Under the pieces are notes generated by a model, which was not told where the DNA came from, searched no databases, and saw nothing but the letters and a program-made list of their open reading frames with translations. Positions 1 through 57,600 of a stretch of DNA of 64,000 nucleotides are shown in pieces. Positions within the stretch are counted from its first letter, which is position 1. Every line of letters begins with the position of its first letter. Position numbers and translations under genes: made by a program. Origin of the DNA: Octopus sinensis (Eukaryota); assembly GCF_006345805.1 (NCBI RefSeq), contig NC_043000.1, forward strand, positions 110,980,001 through 111,044,000. Reading direction: 5' to 3'.

Positions 1-210
1 AGCGGGTAAAATGTACCCCTGTAGTTATAGGCGCATTAGGAACTATCCTTAAAGAGTTGAACCGATGGGTAGAGGAAATAGTCGAGTGCAGCTTCAGAAA
101 AGTGTTATTAGGGACAACTTGGATACTTAGGAAGGTTCTTGGCATCTGAGGTTACTTGTTGTAGCCCGATGTTAGGAATTTTTCCTTTCAAACAGTTTAA
201 TCTGTTGTAC
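1..210 (+). mobile_element. 3' end of an R4/Dong-type (RLE) non-LTR retrotransposon, degraded
   Basis: Translates ...PVVIGALGTI...LGTTWILRKVLGI*, homologous to the C-terminus at 17788-18177. Confidence 0.7.
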
Positions 211-712
211 GTACCAGGCATTGGCTCTCATGGCTTCTGGTCTTAATTGATTGGAAGTGTTATGCACATGTTTGTCTTGGTATAAAAAGATGGGCTATAA
301 TTTGCTTGAAAGTTGTTTGACCCTCAACTGTTGAGCATGTCCCTTAGTGGCTGACGATGTGTACATCTCTGATCACGAGCAGAAGTAGTGGGGGAGCATC
401 ATAGCCATGTGTTGGGAGGAATTCTTTGCGGTTTGACTAATTCACCTATGGAAACAAGGGTGTTTTATTCGTCATCTTTAAACAAACCTTATTCACAGAT
501 CATTTAAGCAAGATCAGCTACTTGGCCTGAAGAAAATTCTAACTGGGTCCCCCCTGCAAGGTCATGCGCTGTTTATCTTGATATGAGATCTCCATGTCGT
601 GCACATACGATTGTGATGCATGTGCCTGGTGTACCCTTATCAGACGGGTAGTCATGATGGGTATACTGGGCTTCGTATATTTGTACCCAGCGTCACATTG
701 AAGTAATAATAA
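211..712 (+). mobile_element. Copy of ~550 bp (AAT)n-associated non-coding retroposon
   Basis: Colinear with copies at 14735, 15393, 16874, 18345 and 45770. Confidence 0.85.
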
Positions 713-985
713 TTTTCGTCCGTCGTTGTCGACGATGACCAAGACATCACTTGAGAGAATAAGATGGGTGCGTCCGCCCGTGGCTGGTCAGTCCGATGCG
801 TGATCCGAAGGCTCTGCTGCAGGCCAGGCAATGGTGGTCTGCTGAGAATGAAGGCAATGAGTTGGCTATGGATTTGCGCAGCTCAAGCTCTCTTTGTGCT
901 CCTGCGACCCTATTCTGTTCGTAGGAGTTGGCACCTCTGTGGATGCTGCTACGCTAGACAGGGCGGTCCTGCACTTGCATTTCCT
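712..985 (-). mobile_element. RTE LINE 3' fragment
   Basis: Minus strand reads QDRPV*RSSIHRGANSYEQNR...HCLACSRAFGSRIGLTSHGRTH (RTE C-terminal zinc-finger-like region) followed by a short 3' UTR. Confidence 0.7.
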
Positions 986-1628
986 AGACTTAAAAATAAT
1001 TACTAGGTTCTGCTCCAGCATGGCCACACCGATTGAAACAAAAGATATTTTGCTAACCCTATCACTACTGGCTTGACTAGAAAAGTAATTCGTTTACCAA
1101 TAATTGCTTAACAACACTGGCGAGGGGAATGAATAACTGATTAATGATATTTGTAAATCCTTAACCAAATCAGAAATTGGATCGCAATGTTAGCAACTGT
1201 TTAATTATTTCCTTAATTAGCTACATCAGTAAATGACAATAAATACAGCATTGAAATTAAGTATGAGGCTGAGCTGTTGTGAAGGAGTTAAGAATCCGCA
1301 TATTGGACAATCTGAAGTCGATGCTTTTCTGCTTAATACAATATTTAATTAGGATGGAAAGGTCGTTAATCTTCTGTCAATAGACGTATGAACTTAAATG
1401 TATGGCTTACCAGATGGGTATGGCTGTGGATATATATACTGATTAAAGACTGTGTGTGTGTGTGTGTGCTTGTATTATTTATGTATCGTGTGCGTAGGTA
1501 CGTTTGCGTAGGTACGCGTGCATGTGCGCATGAATGTATCGGGATTATGTATGTGTCGAAATGTATGTTTGTGTGCGCGGGCGTGTATGTGTATATTTTT
1601 TCATGTCTAAATGTGTACGTGTGTGTAT

Positions 1629-1683
<55 letters not shown>

Positions 1684-1720
1684 TGTCTAAAAATTTGTGC
1701 GTGCGTCTATATATGTGTGC

Positions 1721-1762
<42 letters not shown>

Positions 1763-2404
1763 TATATATATTCATATATATTCATGTCTAAAAATTTGTG
1801 TGTGTATATATGTATGCATTTATGTATGTATGTATGTATGGATGTGTGAGGAGATTAAACAACTTTTTTTTAGCTGAAACGAAATGTTTTGGGACCAAAG
1901 AAGCCGCTTCACCGGTTGGAAGAAGGAAACCTGGCTTTATAGAGAAACGTGAACAATTTCCTTGTTTGCTCTGTTAAGACTTTCACTTCACACGCTCCCA
2001 TCACCCGTACGTGATGACATGCCCTCAGCACTCACTTCACAACGGATCCATTCTTATTCCATTGAAGCTCTCACATCTTCGGTGCATATAATTTATTCCA
2101 CATTATTAAATTGCTAAATGATCCACTCCACTCCGTTGTGCAGTTTAAGATCTTACAGAGTCTTTCTCAGTAAAACGTTTGATTTGGTAAACTTAATCAT
2201 ACAGGAAAGCATTTAGTCGTGTGTTTTTTATTAGTTTAAAATATATTTGAAAAGCTGTAGGGTGTCGTTGTTGTTATCGTTGTTGCCACGCTGTTTGTGA
2301 CCATGATTGGAATATTGTTGGTTTGTTTTGTTGTTGGCCTCCACCACACCACTCTGGCCTACATCACATACATAGAACCGAGATCGCCACTCAAGGTCAG
2401 TATT

Positions 2405-2890
2405 CTTTTGTTTGTTTGTCATTTTGATTGCGGCCATGCTGGAGCACAGCCTTTAGTCGAAGAAATCGAACCCAAGGGCTTATTCTTTGTAAGCCTAGTA
2501 CTTATTCTATCGGGTTTCTTTTTCCGAATCGCTAAGTTACGGGAACGTAAACACACCAACGTCGATTGTCAAGCGATGGTGGGGGGACAAACAGACACAC
2601 AAATATAATAATATAATAATGAAATTATTGTATACAGTGCTCAGGTGCACCACAAAAAAAAAAAGAAACATTTACTACCTCTGACGGGACACGAACCCGC
2701 AATCCCCAGCTTAGGAGGCCGGTGCCTTATCCATTGGGCTTCTTTCAGTTTCTCTCTACCAAATCCACTGACAAAGTTTTGGTCTGCCCGAGGCTATAGA
2801 AAACACTTGCCCAAGGCGCCACGCAGTGGGACTGAACCCGGAACTATGTGGTTGGTTAGCAAGCTACTTACCACACAATCACTCCTGCGT
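2405..2890 (-). mobile_element. tRNA-derived SINE family A copy, interrupted at 2605-2739
   Basis: Reverse complement of the full copy at 47003-47410. Confidence 0.85.
2676..2739 (-). pseudogene. 5'-truncated tRNA-Arg(CCT) pseudogene
   Basis: Minus strand GCCCAATGGATAAGGC-A-CCGGC-CT-CCT-AA-GCTGG-GGATT-GCGGG-TTCGTGT-CCCGT-CAGAGGTA: D arm, anticodon CCT and T arm are present; the 5' acceptor strand is missing and T-loop A58 is altered. Confidence 0.8.
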
Positions 2891-4020
2891 CTATATATAT
2901 ATTAAGTTTTTTTTACCTGCCACTTTTAGCTCTCATTTCCTACCACACGCAGACACGTACGTGTGCGCATCCATCATTCCATCGGCAACTGGAGTCTAAA
3001 CGTTTAAGAATTAGATTTCAATTACCGATGAAATGATGGATATTCTTTTTTTCTTTTTTACATAAATGTAAAAGTCCATCGTCGAAACATGCACACTCGT
3101 TATTTAGATTGATCCTTTTTAAATGTTAGATAACTGTGGATTTTTTTTTTACAGTATGAACTGATTAACTAGCAAGTGATTAACTAGTATGTGAAAAGAC
3201 AAAATTCATAATTCCCGTCGATTCCGTCTAGAGTTTCCAGATCATGGTTAACCATCATAAAATATTTGGACAAATCTATTGAAATTTAAATTAATGATAA
3301 ACAGACAGGTAGACAGACAGACACGTGTGTGCGTTGTGCGTACTGGTATTAATCACCTGACTGCGGCCATGTTGGATCACAATCTTTAACATTTTTTTTT
3401 GTTGATCATGTAAATTTCCGTATTTATCTCAGGGTATTTCATCGACACTATTTGTCGAATTGCTAGGTTATGTATTATATATAATGATACACACAAACTA
3501 ATAATGTCTAGATTCGTGGTCCCTGTTTCAATCAAAGAGCATGACATTTTGTTTACGAGTCTTTTACTCAAACCTCGTCTTCCCCAATACCTTCACCAAT
3601 ATCTTGTTCGCTGAATTTAAAACAAAAAAGCCAAGTCTGCATAAACTTGTTTTACACACACAGATTTTCTCGGATACAACGCGAGCTGAAACATTTTAAG
3701 CAAGCTGTTAGGAAAGGAAAATTGTATATACCATTCTTTGTAGTAACCCTAGGTTCTTATTGATCCTTGCGAAATAATACGGATTCTAGTCTCCATGCTA
3801 GGCGAGAAGGATTCCCTTCTTGTTTCGTATTAATCGTTTCTGTGTTCCATTTCGACTTTCACTATCATATCCGTATTGTATATCTGGCTTTCCGCAATAC
3901 TTGTAAATGAATTCACCATTTCCTGTGTCTCACAGGGAACACATTTCCCCCAGGCCTGTGACCAGCGAGTAACATGTCATGGACGAGAGCCAAGGAAGCC
4001 GAAACGCTCCTAACATTCTC

Positions 4021-48195
<44,175 letters not shown>

Positions 48196-48233
48196 CATCA
48201 TGTCCTGCTACCCCCCCCCCCACACACACACCA

Positions 48234-48483
48234 AATAAACAACTCGTTTAATTAATATTTTATTATTTTAATCTAATCTCCACGAAAGACCCATTATTCT
48301 ATTTTTCGCAATCTTTGCAGCTTTAAAGCAATGGGCATTGATTGTACCAACATAGAACCAACTTGTTACAAAATCACAATTATATTCTTCATTTTCGTCA
48401 TATTTTTCAAAGACTGAATTGGCAAATTGGTAGTGACAGGAATCTCTCTCAAAGAATCTTTTTTTTTTTTTACCTCAAATAAA
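48234..48483 (+). terminator. Candidate polyadenylation signals (AATAAA at 48234 and 48478)
   Basis: Hexamers downstream of the stop codon; AT-rich context lowers specificity. Confidence 0.5.
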
Positions 48484-49427
48484 AGTTTATTAAACTGGAC
48501 TCACTTGCCTTTATTAAGAATATTTAATGTACACACACATTTTTTTCGTTTTCACTTGTTTCAGTCTATAGCCATGTTGGAGCACCGTTTTTAGTAGGAC
48601 AAATCGATCCCAGGACTTATTCTTTGTAAACCTAGTACTTTTTCTATCGGTTTCTTTTGCCGGACCGCTAGGTTATGGGGACGTAAACACACCAACGTCG
48701 CTTGTCAAGCGATGGTGGTGGTACAAACACACACACACTCACATATATATGACGAGCTTCTTTCAGTTTCCGTCTACCAAATCTACTCACAAGGCTTTGG
48801 ACAGCCCAAAGCTATAGTAGAAAACACTTGCCCAAGGTGCCACGCAGTGGGACTGAACCCGGACCCTTGTGGTTGGTAAGCAAGCTACATACCACACAGC
48901 CAATAAAACTATTTGCATACTATTATACGTTCTCTTATATGAAGGCGCGTGGCCTCGTGGTTAAGCGTATTGCACTCACGATCTCTAGGACGTGGGTTCG
49001 ATTTTCTGACAGAGCAGCGCATTGTGTTTTTGGTCAAATACTTCATTTCACACAACCCCAGTCCACTCAGCTGTAAATGGGTCACCCTGCAACGGACCAG
49101 CCTCCCAATCTGGAGGAACGTTGGTTTGTTTGTCCGGCCAGTGGGGTGGCACTATTCGAAAGCTAAAGTGATGCAAAGCGCATTGTGACCAGGGATGTAT
49201 AACAACATCTGGTCGAATCACGTGATACTTTTATACATAAGTGGTCACTATATTAATAATAATAATAATATAATAATAATAATAAAAATAATCCCTCCTA
49301 CTAATAGACACAAGGCCTGAAATTTTTTGGGGTGGGGGAATAGTTGATTTCATCGACCCCAGTGCGTAACTGGTACTTAATTTATCGACCCCAAAAGGAT
49401 GAAAGGCAAAGTCGACCTTGGCAGTTT

Positions 49428-49509
<82 letters not shown>

Positions 49510-49891
49510 GTTTCAAATTTTGTCACAAGGGCAACCATTTTGGGGGAGGGACTAAGTCGATTATATCAACACCAGTACGCAACTGATACTTAATTTATCG
49601 ACTCCGAAAGGTTGAAAGGTAAAGTCGACCTCAGCGGAATTTCAAACTCAGAATGTAAAGACGGACCAAATGTCTCTAAGCATTTTTCCCGGCGCAGTAA
49701 CGATTCTGTCCAAGATAGCAGCATCAACAACATCACATATCTTTTATAAGTTCCATGGCGATAGGGAAAATGGTGCTGGAGAGAGGCAAAGGAAGTCGTC
49801 TGCTTCGATCCAACACACAAGGGACCTTAGGTTGATGATTTATTTTTTCTACTAAATCCTCATTCGTCGAAGCGACGAGAGAATCCATCTT

Positions 49892-49938
<47 letters not shown>

Positions 49939-50947
49939 CACGCACACGCACACGCACACGCACACACACACACGGATTGATGAGTGATTGATAAGATCGT
50001 ATCGTAACCATTCGGTCACGGGTTCCATCTCATTGCATTTCATCACGGGCTAGTGTTTTTACACCGTCACGGCTCAACCAAAGACATGTGGATGAAATTA
50101 GGTAGACGTAAACTGTGCTGAAGCCTGCCAGCTGGATTGTTCTTGATGTTCTTGTAATCTAAAAACCCAGCCATGAGGTTGCGAGGTTTAGTGGTTCGGG
50201 TGTTCGGCCCACGATCGTAAGATCGAGAATCCGATTCCCGGCAGTGTGTCGCATCCTTGAGCAAGACACTTTATTTCATGTCCACTCTGCTGGCAAAAAT
50301 GAGTAGTACCTGTAATTCAAAGAGGCCAGCCTTGTCATATTCTGTGTCACACTGGATTTCATCCTAAGAACTACGTTAAGGGTCTGCGGAGTACTCAGCC
50401 ACTTGCACGTTAATTTCATGAGCAGGCCGCTCTGTTGATCGGATCATTTGGAACCCTCGTCGTCGTAACCGACGGAGTACCCATTTACCTGAGATTTACG
50501 TTTAAGGGTACACTGTCTGAGAAATACTTATCCACTTGACCCATCGCACCTCAAAATGTCGATCTTTTAGACAATTAAACAACTGGATTCTTCTCATGCG
50601 TTGAAACCAACGATAGAATCTACAATTTCATATATGGAATGTTGGATTCAAATTTCTGGCACAAGGCCAGCAATATCGAGGAAGGGTGTAAACCGATTAT
50701 ATAAACCTGAGTGTTCAACTGGTACTTATTTTATCGATCCCGAAAGGATAAAAGGCAAAGTCGACGTCGGCGGAATTTGAATTCAGAACGTAAACGCGGA
50801 CGAAATGCCGATAAACATTTTACCCGGCGCGCTAACAATTTTGCCAGCTCGCCGCCTTTCCCATATACGTCACATGGAGTACAATAGTGGTTTACAACAA
50901 CGAAATGCAATGTATAACGCTGTTGCTCACACACACACACAGACACA

Positions 50948-50998
<51 letters not shown>

Positions 50999-51096
50999 CC
51001 ATCTATCCATCCATCCATACATACATACATACATACATACATACATACATACATACATACATGCATACATACATACATACATACATACATACATGC

Positions 51097-51152
<56 letters not shown>

Positions 51153-52847
51153 AACTTACTTGGAAAAGGATGCGTGGCGTTCGATCATATAATAATAAAA
51201 ATAATATATAAATATATGCATATATACATACATATATATCTATACCTACATATATATGTATATATACATGCATATATGGGTACAGGGCATCAAAAAAACG
51301 TTGAACACAATGAGAAACGAAAATATTAAAACAAAAACATAGAAAACGAACTTTTTTTCGAACAAGAAAAGAAACAAATGGAGAAATGAGACATGCAACA
51401 GAAAGAATATTCGCCTTCATCAGTTGTCCCTGTTTCATCTACTCTGTGTTTCGAAGGAAAGGACAATATGCGACTTCGTTGAAACAATCCTTCCCGCAAA
51501 GCAAATTAAATAAAATTTGGGATTTCTTGCGGTAGGTGAAAGTGGTTACAAGAACAGGACAGTTAGAACAAGACAGTAAAAACAAACGGTGAGGGCTGTT
51601 AAGTAAAGACGATAGAAAAATTATTATGAACGCTAGGAGGACGAGCTTATGAGAGGAGACAGGCATAAGCACGCGTTGTCTTTAGGAAGGAAATGGGAAG
51701 AAAGATAGATTCCCTTTCGTCACGTTTCAGCGACGAGAGAGTCAAGGAGGAAGAGTGAGAGAGATATACACATGTGCATGTATGTGTGTCCGTGTGTGTG
51801 TGTGTGTGTCCGTGTCCGTATGCGCGTGCGTGGCTTTGAGTCCGTGTTTCCACCCCACACACTGCTAAGTTCCATTACCGTAACTTGTGGTTTGACCAAA
51901 GCGAAGGATAGAATAAATATCAAGAGTCGGGAGGGTGAATCTCTTCGACTAAAACCCTTCAAGGTCGTGCCCCAGCATAGCCGTAGTCCAATAACTGAAA
52001 CATGTAAAAGATAAGAGATACCGCGGAAATACCTGATTTTGGAATAGTCAGCAATCAAATAGGTAAGGCTTAGTAGAAATGGTTCCAAAAACAACATCTT
52101 CAACTTTTGGAACAAAGCCAGCAAGCTTGTGGAGAGAGGGCTAAGTCGATTGAATTGACCTAGTGTTCAACTGGTATCTATTTTATCGAATCCGAACGAA
52201 TGAAAATCCACGTCGAAACCGAAGGAATTCGAACGTAAAGACGAAATAAATGCCGCCAAGTATCCCGCCCGGAGTGCTAACGATTCTGCCAGCTCACTGC
52301 TTTGTGAAGAGTTAGAAATAATCCTTTCTACTATAGGCATAAGGCCAGAAATGTTGGGGGAGGGGCCAGTCGATTATACCGACCCCAGTACGCAACTGGT
52401 ACTTAATTTATCGACCCCGGAAGGATGAAAAAGAAAGTAGACTTCGGCGGAATTTGAACTCAGAACGTAACGACAGACGATAAACTCCTAAGTATTTCGC
52501 CCGGCGTGCTAACGATTCTGCCAGCTCGCCTCCATTACAATGTTAGTGGATAACAAGATTGATCAGTTCATGGACGAATGGTATATTGCAAGTCAATATA
52601 CTAAACGTTATGCATGAATCAAACTTTTAATGTATATAAATAGGCACTGGAAGCTGAGAAAGCTAATTAATATTTAAAATGAGGAAAATAATTGAACAAC
52701 ACAACCCATGCAGTGCGGAATATAATTGATTGGAGTTGACTGAGAATTAGTCGGATGGCATTCGTTGAATGGATTTTAGCTTTCTTGTTATATCAACAAT
52801 CAGACAGTTGATACACAGTGAAACCACTGAAATCCAAGGGATGTTTC

Positions 52848-52916
<69 letters not shown>

Positions 52917-52922
<6 letters not shown>

Positions 52923-53240
52923 TGATCCAAAAGTCGTCATACATAGGAACGATTATTTTTTTTATATTAGAAACAGTTTATAAGAACAGTTTTTTTTTAT
53001 TTAACAGGCTCTAAATGGTTACCATTGTTTTCACTACACATTGCTATACGTTTACCCCACTCATTGTGAACTCGTAATGGCACATCTGGTGATACGTGTG
53101 CAAAGGAGTTGGTGATGCGTCCCTTCAAATGCCACCAAAGATAGAAATCAAGAGGGGGAAGATCAGGGGATCTAGGATATCTTATAAACTGCTTCTTAAA
53201 ATTAATTTTTACTATGTATGGAGTCTTTTGAATCACCCTG
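52917..53240 (-). mobile_element. Short Tc1/mariner deletion derivative
   Basis: TIRs GGTGATCCAAAAGTCGTCATACATAG / CTATGTATGGAGTCTTTTGAATCACC; PRSPDLPPLDFYLW motif. Confidence 0.8.
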
Positions 53241-53477
53241 TATATATATATACTTGTAAATGGATGCGTGGCATTCAATAAATGATAAACAGCAAATATT
53301 ATATATATATATATATATACTGTGTAGTTTATATTATATATATATATATATATATATATTATATTATATATATATATAACGGGAAGCTTTATGAAAATAG
53401 ACAAAAGACGAAGGCAGGTGGAAAACACACAAAACAATTGTATTAGTATGGCGCTCAGGAAATATAAATAAAACAAG

Positions 53478-53515
53478 TCTTTAACGTTTCGAGCCTACGC
53501 TCTTCAACAGAAAGA
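53478..53515 (-). ncRNA. Minimal hammerhead-like motif with variant core
   Basis: Minus strand UCUUU-CUGUUGA-A-GAGC-GUAG-GCUC-GAAA-CG-UU-AAAGA. Confidence 0.5.
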
Positions 53516-53522
53516 TACACAG

Positions 53523-53605
<83 letters not shown>

Positions 53606-53617
53606 TACTCTGTAGTT

Positions 53618-53650
<33 letters not shown>

Positions 53651-53653
53651 CTC

Positions 53654-54300
53654 TGTAGTTTCAGCTCAGAGCTGCGGCCATGCTGATGCAACGCCGTTTT
53701 GCTACACTGTTATTACTGAGAGCCTCCTCCAATATGTGGCACTTGGTGAAGAATGTAGTTAATGTAGCTACCCTCATTTGCTCCTCTTGCCTTGAGGTAG
53801 GTTCATTTGGGATTCTCATCAGGAATCTTATTTTGTGCAGGTTCCTCAGGCTCTTTGGGAGAATATTAAAAAGATGTGGACCCCTGAAACCTAGGCTGTT
53901 GCAGTAACTGGTCCTAAAGCGTGATGACATTGCTGAAATCTTTGGCACTATGAAGTGTCGATCCGTTCTGGTATTGGTGTAGCTTTCAATGCCAAAATTT
54001 GGCACAATTCCTTCGAAGATCTTCCAGATGTAAATTACTGTATACCTATCCCGCCTTCGCTCCAGAGAATAGAGTCTTAGCTGTTTCAGGCTTTCCCAGT
54101 AGCTGAGCAGTTGCAAAGAGACGATCTTCTTTGTGAATCTTCGCTGGATTGCTTCAAGGTCTGCTGTTAATTTTACACTGTTGGGTGAGCATAGCTGGGA
54201 GTAGTAATCCAGGCGGCTGAGGTCGAATCCTCCATAGGACCATTATGGTTTCCTTATCTCTGGTTCTGAATGTTCTCAGGATCCATCTAGCCAGCTGGAT
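53654..54300 (-). mobile_element. 5'-truncated CR1/L2-group LINE, 3' end
   Basis: LDYYSQL, LSYWESLKQLRLYSLERRRDRY.VIYIWKIFEGIVPNFGI, GPHLFNILPKSLRNL; 3' stem-loop tail. Confidence 0.8.
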
Positions 54301-54381
54301 GAGAGTCCTCCTCGGGCTATAAACAACAGTAGCATCGTCCTCTATGGGACCGCCACATTTATTTGGTAATTATATTTTACG

Positions 54382-54412
<31 letters not shown>

Positions 54413-54595
54413 ATCAAATATATTCAATGAGAATAAAGTATGCTAGATTTCAGATAAGTGCTCTTGGTATAAGAAATACCTAAAACCTTAAAGGTAATTA
54501 GAGATTCAATTAGAGCGATTATATATTAGAAAGTGAAAGCAGGAAAAATTACATCAAATAATCACAGAAGAGATACATCCATATTATATTAATAG

Positions 54596-54648
<53 letters not shown>

Positions 54649-54657
<9 letters not shown>

Positions 54658-57600
54658 GCACCCTTTTTGTCTCGGGAGACAATGGAGTTGCGCATAAAAT
54701 AGTCTAGTCCGGCTTTTACATTTCATGTCCTGATACATTTCCTGCTGTGGCTGTGTAGTCCTATCCTGGACAAACACTCCCTCTGGCAGGTACCGCAAAT
54801 GTAGCGAAGACTGTTCCTGGCTGGTTGTAATGCCATAGTTTCTTGTTGACGTCTTCTCTTGTCTTTCCATTTCTCCTCTCTTTCTCTCTGTCACGCCTTT
54901 GTATTCCCTCTTTTACGGTACGTCGCCAATCTCCACGGTTGCTGGCAATTGCTTCCCAATTGCTAATATTGATGTTGCAGGCCTTCATGTCCCTTTTGCA
55001 AACATCCTTGTAACGTAAGAACGGTCTTCCCACAGACCTAGTATCCCTAGCAAGCTCTCCGTTGAGTATGTCCTTGGGGATTCTACCATCTTTCATACGG
55101 CTAACATGCCCAAGCCATCTCATACGTCTTTGTGTGAGGAGTGCAAACATGCTTGGTATTCCTGCTTGACTGAGGACATCTTTGTTGGGGATATGATTCT
55201 GCCATTTGATGCGGAGGATTTTCCGGAGGCAGCGCAGGTGAAAGATGTTTAGGTGACGCTCTTTGCGTGTGTATAGCGTCCAAGTCTCACTTCCATACAG
55301 TAGAGTGCTAAGTACACATGCCTGGTAGATCTTCATTTTCGTGGTCTTGGTCAGCTTATTGTTGTTCCATGCCCGTTTGGAGAGTTGGGCCATAGAAGCA
55401 GCTGCCTTGCCAATGCGTATATTGAGCTCAGCGTCAAGGGATAGGTTGTAGGTGACGGTAGAGCCAAGATAGGTAAACTTCTCCACCTCCTGTAATCTGT
55501 GGTCTCCAATATGTATGTTTGGGATGTCCGATGTAGCCTGACCCATGATGTTGGTCTTCTTAAGGCTAAGCTAAGCCAAAGTCGTTACATGCTTGCTCAA
55601 AACAGTTAATGAGCCTTTGGAGGGCTTCTTCTGTGTGTGATACCAGAGCGGCATCATCAGCAAATAGCATCTCCTTGATAAGGACGTTTCTGATTTTGGT
55701 CTTGGCACGCAGGCGCGAGAGATTGAACAGTTTCCCGTCACTTCTACTGTGCAGAAACACTCCATCATTTGATGTCTGAAAGGCATGTGAGAGCAAGAGC
55801 GAGAAGAAAATGCCAAATAATGTAGGAGCGAGGACACAACCTTGCTTTACCCCGTTTTTTTATTTGGAAGGCGGCTGATGTTGAACCATTGTGCTGTATG
55901 GTGCCTTGCATATTATCATGGAAAGACTTGATGATCCTCAGCAGCTTTGGTGGGCATCCGATTTTTTGGTGCAGGATGAAGAGGTCTTTTCTACCTACCG
56001 AGTCAAAGGCCTTTGTCAGATCAATGAAGGTCATATATAATGGCATTTTCTGCTCTCTGGACTTCTCCTGAAGTTGGCGTATGGAGAATATATCAATAGT
56101 TGATCTGCTTCTTATAAAGCCACACTCCGATTCCGGATAGATTCGAGAAGCAAGTAGTTGCAGCCTGGCCAGGATAACGCGAGCAAAGGTCTTTCCAATC
56201 CCGCATATCCTGAGGGACTGTACCCTCTTCCCAGCACTGACACAGAAGCTCATAAAGGTGCCGAAGCAGGATGGTGTCTTTGCCGGCTTTGATGATCTCT
56301 GAGGGGATGCCGTCTTTTCTCGGAGCCTTGTTACTTGCTAGGGAGTCAATAGCCTTGGTGAGCTCTGCTATAGATGGCGGACTGTCAAGTTCGCACATGA
56401 CTGGCAAGATCTTGACACTCGATTGCAGCCTCAGCTACTGTAGTCTCCCGTGAGCAGAGATCCTGGTAGTGCTCCACCCATCTATCCATTTGCTTGCTTT
56501 GATCCCTGATGAGATCTCCAGTAGTTGATTTCAGAGGGGCTGACTTAATTGCGGATGGACCGAGGGCCTTCTTCAAACCGGCATACATCCCACGGGTGTC
56601 GCCCCTGTCAGCAGCTGACTGGATACTCTGACAGATTTCCTGCCAATACCTATTTGCACAGCGTCTGGCTGTCAGTTGGGTTTTATTTCTTGCCTTTCTG
56701 AGTTCTTCGAGTGACTTTGTAGAAGAATCACTCTTGTATTGCATCAGAGCTGCACGCTTTGCTTTGATAACTGGCTCCAGCTCTGAGAGCCCAGCGTTGA
56801 ACCAATCTGGGTTTTGCCTTTCTCTCATGCCGAAAGTATCTATTGATGTAGTATACAAAGCTTCCCCGATATAATTCCACCTACTTTCAGCAGAGGAGGT
56901 TGGGCAGCTACTGAGGGCAACCTTGATAGAAGCAGCAAAACATTTTCGCAGTGTAGGGTCCGAGGTTCTGGCAGTGTTAATGCGTGGTCGGCCCACTTTC
57001 TTGGAGCGATGGACTTTTTTAGGCAGAATCCTCACCCTACTTCTAATTAGTGAGTGGTCTGTATCACAATCCGCGCTGTGGTAACTGCGGGTCAGTAGAA
57101 TAGAATTCAGAAAGGATCTCCGTGTAATGATGAGATCCAGCCGATGCCAGTGGTGAGACCTTGGATGTCTCCAAGATGCTTTGTGGGATGGCTTGTTGGC
57201 AAAGAATGTGTTTGTGATGCACAGGTTATGGTATGTGCAGAATTCGAGTAGTCTCTGACCATTGTCATTCATGTTGCCAATACCAAAGTGTCCAACACAA
57301 ATGGGCCACGAATCATGGTCAGATCCCACGCGAGCGTTAAAATCCCCTAGCAGGTAGATATTTTCAGTTGTTGGTATGTTTTTTATGACACAGTCGAGAT
57401 CTTTGTAGAACTGGTCCTTGGTCTCCTCTGAGCTGTAGAGAGTGGGAGCATTGATGCTGAGTAGATGTACTGAGCCAGAAGTCGAGAGGCGCAGTGAAAG
57501 GATACGCTCAGTGCCTCCTGATGGTGGTTCTATTGAGGAGAGTAATGAGTTTCTCACTGCAAAGCCAACGCCATGCTGACGAGGTTCTTCTGGATCGCTT

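Noticed and set aside
1388-1877. ORFs with YIYIYI / CVCVCV / HTHTHT / NNNN runs, here and throughout the window
   Set aside because: Translations of stop-free microsatellites, not genes.
2297-2905. Recurring peptides such as RHLPKVPRSGTEPGTMWLVSKLLTTQ and NWYLFNRPRKDERQSRP
   Set aside because: Chance frames in high-copy SINEs.
3025-3090. CCGATGA...GAAAC hammerhead-like motif; similar ones near 4280-4315(-), 27950-27985(-), 38940-39035(-) and 51405-51490(-)
   Set aside because: Core nucleotides are mutated or stems are missing; probably decayed Penelope-type relics, too weak to call.
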